Below, one piece after another: positions 6,502 to 13,080 of a stretch of DNA of 16,409 bases (positions are counted from its first letter, which is position 1; every line of letters starts with the position of its first letter). The position numbers and the translations under genes were made by a program. Source of the stretch: Promethearchaeota archaeon. GTDB taxonomy: Archaea > Asgardarchaeota > Lokiarchaeia > Sigyniarchaeales > SOKP01. The notes below the pieces were generated by a model. It was not told the origin of the DNA. It did not search any database and saw only the letters and a list, made by a program, of their open reading frames with translations. Where the stretch lies: the NCBI GenBank assembly GCA_048940645.1, contig JBHLOI010000069.1, forward strand, positions 1 through 16,409, in the 5' to 3' direction.

Positions 6502-8457
6502 ATGTTTCATCCAGAGCTAAGGCAATTAACAAGAGCGGAACTCCTTTTTGATGCTGGTAAGCTTGATGAAGCTCTTGAGCTACTAAACGATCAGAGTCAT
6601 TTTGAGGGACTCAATTTTGAACAAAAACATCATTATAATTTCCTAAAGGGTCAAATACTAAGTTACCAGACCAAAGTCGAAGAATTAATTTATTTAGGAG
6701 GACAAATATATAAAGAAGGTCAAAAACGCAATGAATATCTCAAATCATTTGACGGATTATATTTTATTCTCATTGGATTAATTTATGCTTTTAAGTTTGA
6801 CGAAGCTTTTAAAAGAATTGAAAAGGCTGAGATTTTACTGAAGCTTATTTCTAATAGGCCTAAATCCATTTTAATTCAAAGAGAGGTTCGTATGAACTTG
6901 TTAAAAGCATGGATTAATTTGGAGGTAAGTAATATAGATATAGCAGAGAAGTGTTTAGAACAAAGCTTAGGTTTAGAAAAAGAACTAGGTAATACCTTCG
7001 AAATTGTTTGGGTTTATTCATTCATGTCACGAATTATGTTTCGAGGTAAAAGTAGATATGATCTTGCTATCGAATATTCAAAGAAAGCATTGTCAATGGC
7101 AAAGAAAATTAAATTTAACCACTTCTGGATTGCTTTGAACAATCTCTATTTTGGGAGGATATATCAAGCTATTGGTGAGTTAAGTATTAGTTTGAAGTAT
7201 TCAATGAAGAGTTTAGCAATATTTAAGGAAATTAAAAGCAATTGGTTTATAGCAGAAATAAATAAGATTATAGGAGAGGTTTACATTGAGATTGGCGATT
7301 ATGACATTGCATTGAAACATTTAGAAGAAAGCTTATTAATTTTTGAAAACCTACCATCGGAAATAGTCATATCTCTTAGTAATTTAGTTGAGGTGGCTCT
7401 TGAAAAAGGTGATATTAAACTTGCTCAAAAATATTACAATCGTTTGGAAAATTTGTATAATCAAAAAAAAGATGGAAATATCGTTTTATTCTACCAATTA
7501 AGTAAAGCTTTAATATTGAAAAGGAGTTCTCGAATCCGAGATAAAGCTAAGGCTGAAGAATTGTTGAAACAAGTCATTGAAATAAAAACCATATGGTCTC
7601 ATGCAACAATAAACGCATTAGTTCATCTTTGTGATATGCTTCTATCTGAATTTCGTATAAACAATAATAGTGAAGTTCTTGATGAGATCAATCAATATAT
7701 TAATAAATTATTAGCTATAGCTGAGAAATCGCATTCATATAAAGTATTTTGTGAGACTTTCCTATTACAAGCTAAATTGGCTTTACTAAATTTGGATGTG
7801 AAAGCAGCTCAAAGATTTTTAATTCAAGCTCAAAAGATAGCGGAATCATACGGGATAAAACGATTAGCAATGAAAATTTCAAACGAACATGATGAATTAC
7901 TTAGACAATTAAATATGTGGGAGAATTTAAAAGAAACAGAGGCATCTTTATCTGAACGTTGGAAACTCGCTGGTTTGAATGACCAAATAGAAAATATGGT
8001 AAAAAAACGAATAACTAAAGTTCCAGAACTTACAGATGAGAAGCCTGTGCTTCTTTTAATTGTATCAGAAGGAGGAAGACCTTTATTAACACAATCTTTT
8101 GTAGAGGATAAATCTTTTGAATCACATCTTTTTGGAGGTTTTTTAACCACAATTGATTATTTTATTAGGGAAATGTTTTCTGAAGGACTAGACCGAGCAA
8201 TCTTTGGCGAATATACTCTTCTTATGAAATCTACTCCACCTTTTTTTATTTCTTATGTATTTAAGGGTGATTCTTATTACGCATATCAGAAGATAAACTA
8301 TTTTGTAAAATACATTCAAAAAGAAGACGATCTTTGGCAAAATCTACTTAAATCGTTTCAGGTAAACCAAACTATTCATTTAAAGGATATTCCCTTACTC
8401 GAATCCTTGATAACAGAAATATTTATCACTAAAAATATTATATTTAGAGAATTATAA
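6502..8457 (+). CDS. Tetratricopeptide-repeat protein with C-terminal longin-like domain
   Basis: ORF track, 651 aa. TPR units such as GRIYQAIGELSISLKYSMKSLAIFKEI and IGEVYIEIGDYDIALKHLEESLLIFE. C-terminus (from ~8044) LLLIVSEGGRPLL...HLFGGFLTTIDYFIREMFSEGLDRAIFGEYTLLM...FISYVFKG. Confidence 0.85.
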   Translation: MFHPELRQLTRAELLFDAGKLDEALELLNDQSHFEGLNFEQKHHYNFLKGQILSYQTKVEELIYLGGQIYKEGQKRNEYLKSFDGLYFILIGLIYAFKFDEAFKRIEKAEILLKLISNRPKSILIQREVRMNLLKAWINLEVSNIDIAEKCLEQSLGLEKELGNTFEIVWVYSFMSRIMFRGKSRYDLAIEYSKKALSMAKKIKFNHFWIALNNLYFGRIYQAIGELSISLKYSMKSLAIFKEIKSNWFIAEINKIIGEVYIEIGDYDIALKHLEESLLIFENLPSEIVISLSNLVEVALEKGDIKLAQKYYNRLENLYNQKKDGNIVLFYQLSKALILKRSSRIRDKAKAEELLKQVIEIKTIWSHATINALVHLCDMLLSEFRINNNSEVLDEINQYINKLLAIAEKSHSYKVFCETFLLQAKLALLNLDVKAAQRFLIQAQKIAESYGIKRLAMKISNEHDELLRQLNMWENLKETEASLSERWKLAGLNDQIENMVKKRITKVPELTDEKPVLLLIVSEGGRPLLTQSFVEDKSFESHLFGGFLTTIDYFIREMFSEGLDRAIFGEYTLLMKSTPPFFISYVFKGDSYYAYQKINYFVKYIQKEDDLWQNLLKSFQVNQTIHLKDIPLLESLITEIFITKNIIFREL

Positions 8458-8483
8458 CTTAGAAATCAAAGAAGAAATCCTTT

Positions 8484-8526
8484 CAGCTAAAATTTTATAT
8501 TAAACAGCTTCTAATTTTATATTAAA
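8484..8526 (+). promoter_or_regulatory. Tandemly duplicated TATA-like unit upstream of the GTPase gene
   Basis: AATTTTATATTAAA exact at 8491-8504 and 8513-8526, each preceded by CAGCT (8484, 8505). Confidence 0.5.
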
Positions 8527-8561
8527 AAGAAATTATAATTAGAATAGTACTTAAGAAGTCA

Positions 8562-9101
8562 ATGACTAATTCTCAGGAATTTGGATTTAAGATATCTATT
8601 ATTGGTGATGGAGGGGTAGGAAAGACATCCTTAATTAAAAAATTCACCAAAGGTACTTTCGAGAAAGATTATATTAAAACTATAGGTGCCCATTTTTCTA
8701 GATATGATAAAGAAATTAAGGGAGATCTAATTAATTTAATATTTTGGGATATCGCTGGACAAGATGACTTCAACTTTTTACATCCATTATTTTATAGAGA
8801 AAGTAAGGGTTGTATAATTGTTTATAGCCTTGAAGATAATGATTTAGGTGAAGAAAGTTTTGAACACATAAAAAATTGGCATGATGAATTAAAAAAGTAT
8901 TGCAGCGATATTCCCGTTGTTTTATTTGCCAATAAGGTTGATTTAATTGAAGAAGATAATTTAGATAAAATGAAAATTCAAGAAGTTGTAGAAAAACGAA
9001 ATTTTTGTGGATATTACTTAACATCAGCAAAAACAGGGCAAGGAGTTCATGAGGCTTTTAATGCTATCATTGAGAACTTGTATGATAATAAAAATATTTA
9101 G
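8562..9101 (+). CDS. Ras-superfamily small GTPase, Rab-like
   Basis: ORF track, 179 aa. G1 GDGGVGKT, G2 YIKTIG, G3 WDIAGQ, G4 NKVD, G5 SAK; RabF-like segments IGAHF and FYRES; no C-terminal Cys motif. Confidence 0.95.
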   Translation: MTNSQEFGFKISIIGDGGVGKTSLIKKFTKGTFEKDYIKTIGAHFSRYDKEIKGDLINLIFWDIAGQDDFNFLHPLFYRESKGCIIVYSLEDNDLGEESFEHIKNWHDELKKYCSDIPVVLFANKVDLIEEDNLDKMKIQEVVEKRNFCGYYLTSAKTGQGVHEAFNAIIENLYDNKNI

Positions 9102-9114
9102 AGACGATATTCAC

Positions 9115-9915
9115 TTGCCAAAAATCAAAGTTAACAATATAAATATATATTATGAAATTCATGGAGATGGATTTCCGTTCATAATGATAGCTGGAATGGG
9201 TGCTAGTCTTGATTCTTGGACTCCCGCTTTAATAGAGCGGATTTCAAATAGATTTAAGACCATTATCTTCGATAATAGGGGTGTGGGGAAAACAGATAAA
9301 CCAGACATTCCTTATTCAATTAAAATGATGGCTGATGATACGATTAGTTTAATGGATGCTTTAAATATTAAAAGAGCACATATATTTGGGCATTCGATGG
9401 GTGGATGTATTGCTCAAGAGATGATCCTTAATTATCCTAGAAGGGTTGAAAAATTAGTCCTTTGTTCAACAGATTGTGGAGGATCTAAAGCGGTTTGGCC
9501 ACAAGTCGAAATATTTCAAACTTTTGAAAAAGTACATACCGAGATATTGACACTAGAAGAAACAATTCACATCGCAGCATCAATTTTTGTCACTGAGGAA
9601 ACTATTAAAAACAATCCTAAATTGATAGAAGAAGAATTTCGACGATACTTTAAAATACGAATACCCATTTACAGCCTTAAACACCAAGGAGTAGCAAAAG
9701 GACACTTCAATTCTTATAGAAGACTTAAAAATATAAATAATCCAACTTTGATAATGCAAGGTAAAAAAGATATAATCACTCCTCTAAAAAACGCAGATAT
9801 ATTAAATAAAGTAATATCTGGTTCAAAAGTAGTCTTATTCGATAGCGCAGCTCATAATATTTATTATGATGTTCCTGAAAAATTCGTTAAAACACTACTT
9901 GATTTCCTAAAATAA
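9115..9915 (+). CDS. Soluble alpha/beta hydrolase (enol-lactonase/esterase-like); start re-called at TTG 9115
   Basis: FDNRGVGKT, nucleophile GHSMG, Asp in QGKKDII, His in AAHN. TTG-CCA-AAA gives the typical MPKIKVNNINIYYEIHG N-terminus and removes the 53-nt overlap with the GTPase implied by the track's ATG at 9049. Confidence 0.9.
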   Translation: MPKIKVNNINIYYEIHGDGFPFIMIAGMGASLDSWTPALIERISNRFKTIIFDNRGVGKTDKPDIPYSIKMMADDTISLMDALNIKRAHIFGHSMGGCIAQEMILNYPRRVEKLVLCSTDCGGSKAVWPQVEIFQTFEKVHTEILTLEETIHIAASIFVTEETIKNNPKLIEEEFRRYFKIRIPIYSLKHQGVAKGHFNSYRRLKNINNPTLIMQGKKDIITPLKNADILNKVISGSKVVLFDSAAHNIYYDVPEKFVKTLLDFLK

Positions 9916-9937
9916 GGAGAAGCAGGAAAATGATAAG

Positions 9938-11854
9938 TTACTGAAATTGATTTATTTCAGTAAGGAAAAGATCCGCAATTGTATTCCATTTTTGTTTTGT
10001 TTCAGCATCTGCTATGCTTTTATTTATCAAATCTTTTCCTTTTTTAAGATTTAGAATCGCTAAATCATAATTTTCAAGCGCTTTATAACAAATTCCTAAT
10101 TTAATATAAGTTTGATAAATGTACCAATCATCACTGCCAATTGTTATTACTTTAAGGAATTTTTTTGCTGCTTCATCGTAATCTTCAAAATACATTAAAA
10201 TTTCGCCAAATGTATCTTGGAAAATTCCATTTTCTGGTTCATTTTTAACGAGGTTTTGAATGATTTTTAGCGATTCTTCTTTTTTATCCAAATATTGCAT
10301 CCAATAAGCTTTATAGCAAATAAGATCATTATCTTTTGGAAATTTTTGAATTAATTCATTAATTATATCTAATCCCTCTGTAATCTTATGCATTCTTCTA
10401 AGAACAGCTGCATATAATATTTTAATATCCTTTTCACTTTCAGGAAAAATTTCAAGTAAATTATCTAATAATTTTATTGTTTCCTGATATTTGTTAAAAT
10501 AGATTAAAATTCTGATTTTCAAATAGTATAAATCAAGGTTTTTTGGATTTGATTTAAGTTTCTTATCAATATCCTTTATTTTTTCTTCATATTGATCTTC
10601 TAAATTTTCAAAATTTTGTGATTGAAAAATATTTGTTATATTCTGCCAAATTATTCCCTCTAATTTATCATAAGTTTCTTTTAATTCTCTTTTGGTCTCA
10701 ATTTTATAAGCTAGATATCTAATATAATTTGGTAAAAATTCTCTTATTGACTTGTTCAAATCTTTATTAAACAAGGATTCACAGCTCTTGTCTGCGATAT
10801 TATTAATAATAGATTTCATATCAATTTTAGGGACTGCTGGTGTTGATTTTGAAAAGAGCTTATTCAAGTAAGTCACCTTAGTGATTTCATTCTCGGTGAT
10901 TATCTGTAGCATTTTTTCTAATGTTCCATCTGATTGAAAGTAATATTGTTCATCTGATGATTCTGTTATTTTGAAATATCTTAATGGATATATTTTGCCT
11001 TCTGAAATTTCATCAATATAATAATCAAGCGTAGTTTTCTTAATTTTATAGGTTTTAGAAAAATCTTCAGAAGAAATAAAGTTTGGATATCTATCTGGAT
11101 GATTAATTGAAAGAAATAGTAAGATTTTATAAAATATTTCCTCATCTTTTAATACTGGTTTTACTTTTTCATAATCTAATCTTAGCATATTGTTAAGAAA
11201 CCTGAATTGTATATTTTTATCCTTAATATCATAATTCTCAAAGAATTGGATGGTATTTTTAGTAATCTCTTCAATTCGTTTAGCCTCCTCCTCTAAAATG
11301 GTTTGCCTATCTAAATCATATTTTTGAAGCATCCTTGAATACTCTGATTTGCCTGCTCGTGTAATTAGATATTTTCCATCCTCTTTTATTATAAAACCTT
11401 TATCCATTAATAAACTCAAACTCTTTGATAATGAAGATTGATTTATTGATAATGGATCTTCAAGGAATTCAGACCTTTTACAATAATTATTATTGTAAAC
11501 CATCCAAAGAATCCACTGAGAATAATTTCTTCCACTTTTTATGATTATTTTAGGCGGATAATTTAGTTTGCGCGTCTTTTTCTTCACAGTTGAGAGTTCA
11601 TGAAATTTCTTTTTCCCCTGCGAAGTAATTCTGTAATACCCTCTAGTAAAATTTTCTACAAAACCATTAACTTTTAATGTTGCTAAATGTCTAGATAAAG
11701 TACCTGTAGGAATCTTGATGGGTTCTTGATGAAAATCTGCCCATTTACACATATCATTATTATTTAGCATCCAAAGAATAATATGGTCATAATCCGGCTT
11801 CTTCAACTTGGAAGGGCTGTAAATCTCTTCTGGAGGATAATTTGTGATTCCCAT
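9938..11854 (-). CDS. Multi-wHTH protein with C-terminal TPR repeats (putative one-component regulator)
   Basis: ORF track, 638 aa. Two homologous N-terminal units (NYPP...ILWM.NN..C...F...P..I....LS..L..L...GF......Y.IT..GK), a probable third wHTH (ISSEDFSKTYKIKKTTLDYYI), then TPRs (DTFGEILMYFEDYDEAAKKFLK; YIKLGICYKALENYDLAILNLKKG). Confidence 0.8.
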   Translation of the reverse strand: MGITNYPPEEIYSPSKLKKPDYDHIILWMLNNNDMCKWADFHQEPIKIPTGTLSRHLATLKVNGFVENFTRGYYRITSQGKKKFHELSTVKKKTRKLNYPPKIIIKSGRNYSQWILWMVYNNNYCKRSEFLEDPLSINQSSLSKSLSLLMDKGFIIKEDGKYLITRAGKSEYSRMLQKYDLDRQTILEEEAKRIEEITKNTIQFFENYDIKDKNIQFRFLNNMLRLDYEKVKPVLKDEEIFYKILLFLSINHPDRYPNFISSEDFSKTYKIKKTTLDYYIDEISEGKIYPLRYFKITESSDEQYYFQSDGTLEKMLQIITENEITKVTYLNKLFSKSTPAVPKIDMKSIINNIADKSCESLFNKDLNKSIREFLPNYIRYLAYKIETKRELKETYDKLEGIIWQNITNIFQSQNFENLEDQYEEKIKDIDKKLKSNPKNLDLYYLKIRILIYFNKYQETIKLLDNLLEIFPESEKDIKILYAAVLRRMHKITEGLDIINELIQKFPKDNDLICYKAYWMQYLDKKEESLKIIQNLVKNEPENGIFQDTFGEILMYFEDYDEAAKKFLKVITIGSDDWYIYQTYIKLGICYKALENYDLAILNLKKGKDLINKSIADAETKQKWNTIADLFLTEINQFQ

Positions 11855-11926
11855 AATTTGAAGAAACTAATTCTAATTTTCTAAATTATAGATCGGTTAT
11901 TTTTCTATTTATATCTATTTTATAGA

Positions 11927-11989
11927 ACTTCCACAATCATTCGAAACTATCACGGAAATTTCGGAAGTGCAATTATAAAGGGAATATTC
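11927..11989. promoter_or_regulatory. Divergent promoter region with two related palindromes flanking a TATA-like box
   Basis: GAAATTTC at 11955-11962 and GAATATTC at 11982-11989 flank TTATAAA (11973-11979); ACTTCC (11927) and GGAAGT (11963) form an inverted pair. Confidence 0.4.
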
Positions 11990-12053
11990 TCTACAAATTC
12001 TATTAAGCATCTAAAGGCTGATCGCAAAAACTAATGAAAAAAAGTGCTAATAA

Positions 12054-12869
12054 ATGGCACAAAAATCGGAATATGATATTGAGTCTAGATTTGAACTTCT
12101 CACTCAACAAGAAAAATTTTTACCTAAACCTAATTATCATCTTTCATTAGGATTAGATCATCCAAGTGTCAAAAAAGTTATACAAATTGCTTTAAAACTC
12201 ACAAAAGAACATAGATTGATTAATACTGAGCTTCTTTATAATAGAGCAAAGAAAGAATTACAGATTCCAAAAAACGGGCTTAAAACCATAATTCAATTGC
12301 TTTTGAATAAAAAAGTTTTAGTTGATAGGTCGAGATTAACAAGACAAACTGTATTAAATAACCAAATTAGGTATGAACTTTATTTAATAATCAAAACTAT
12401 AATAGGTGTTCATTTTTCCCTATTAAAAGAACTTATTTCTATTCAAAAAGACCGTGATGTCGGTGTTGGTCAGTTAAATTGGCATTTGGAAAAGTTGCTT
12501 AAATTTAATTTAATAAAAAAAGTGAAAGTGAAAAAGTTTATTATTTTTTTACCAATTGAGATTGATAAGAATAACGGAATCTTATATTTTATTCTGAGAG
12601 ATGAGATAAATAGAAGAATTGTTAATTTTATATTCGAGCAAGGAATTACTAATAGAAGTGAAATACATAAGCAATTAAAGTTAAAGAGAGAAAAGTTATA
12701 TTATCGCATTAAAAAATTAATTGAATTTAACATTTTATCAAGATTCGAAGACGAGAGTAGTATTACTATAAACCCAAATAAGAAGAATCTATTAAGGGAT
12801 GTTCTGAATAACAATTTACATAGAAACCTAATTCCAGAAAGTAATAAATTAATTTTGATGAAAGCATAG
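12054..12869 (+). CDS. Winged helix-turn-helix regulator, paralog of 4280..4996
   Basis: ORF track, 271 aa. Shares HPSV, YNRAK, IPxNGL, GQLxWHLExLLKF, IFLPIEI, LRDExNR and REKLYY with the 4280 protein. Confidence 0.85.
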   Translation: MAQKSEYDIESRFELLTQQEKFLPKPNYHLSLGLDHPSVKKVIQIALKLTKEHRLINTELLYNRAKKELQIPKNGLKTIIQLLLNKKVLVDRSRLTRQTVLNNQIRYELYLIIKTIIGVHFSLLKELISIQKDRDVGVGQLNWHLEKLLKFNLIKKVKVKKFIIFLPIEIDKNNGILYFILRDEINRRIVNFIFEQGITNRSEIHKQLKLKREKLYYRIKKLIEFNILSRFEDESSITINPNKKNLLRDVLNNNLHRNLIPESNKLILMKA

Positions 12870-12950
12870 AGAAATTTAGTGCTTCAGTAATAAAAAAAAC
12901 CTTATTATATTTATTTACAAAATTATTTTCTTATTTTTTATTAACAATGC

Positions 12951-12978
12951 AAAAAATCCTTCCTTATTGTTTTAAATA
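12951..12978 (+). promoter_or_regulatory. 28-bp upstream element, copy 2 (AAAAAATCCTTCCTTATTGTTTTAAATA)
   Basis: 25/28 identical to 2156-2183; ends 102 nt before the TTG at 13081. Confidence 0.65.
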
Positions 12979-13023
12979 GACAACTAAACCTATTTTGTTA
13001 TAAAAAATTTTCATAAAAAAATG

Positions 13024-13056
13024 AAATCTAATTAAAAAAATTATATAATTAGATTT
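13024..13056. promoter_or_regulatory. Perfect 11-bp inverted repeat AAATCTAATTA-N11-TAATTAGATTT
   Basis: Arms at 13024-13034 and 13046-13056, between the 28-bp element and the start codon. Confidence 0.45.
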
Positions 13057-13080
13057 ATCAAAAACCAAGTGTGATTAAAT

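Noticed and set aside
7830-8150. 106-aa minus-strand ORF
   Set aside because: Lies wholly antisense within the TPR-longin gene and has no recognisable motif.
8770-9030. 86-aa minus-strand ORF
   Set aside because: Antisense to the well-supported GTPase gene.
8562-9101. Roc/COR (Roco) or a specific eukaryotic Rab ortholog
   Set aside because: Stand-alone G domain with no LRR or COR; RabF motifs only partly conserved and no prenylation tail, so no gene symbol was assigned.
9049-9114. ATG start and N-terminal extension of the hydrolase given in the ORF track
   Set aside because: Overlaps the GTPase by 53 nt; the TTG at 9115 gives a family-typical N-terminus.
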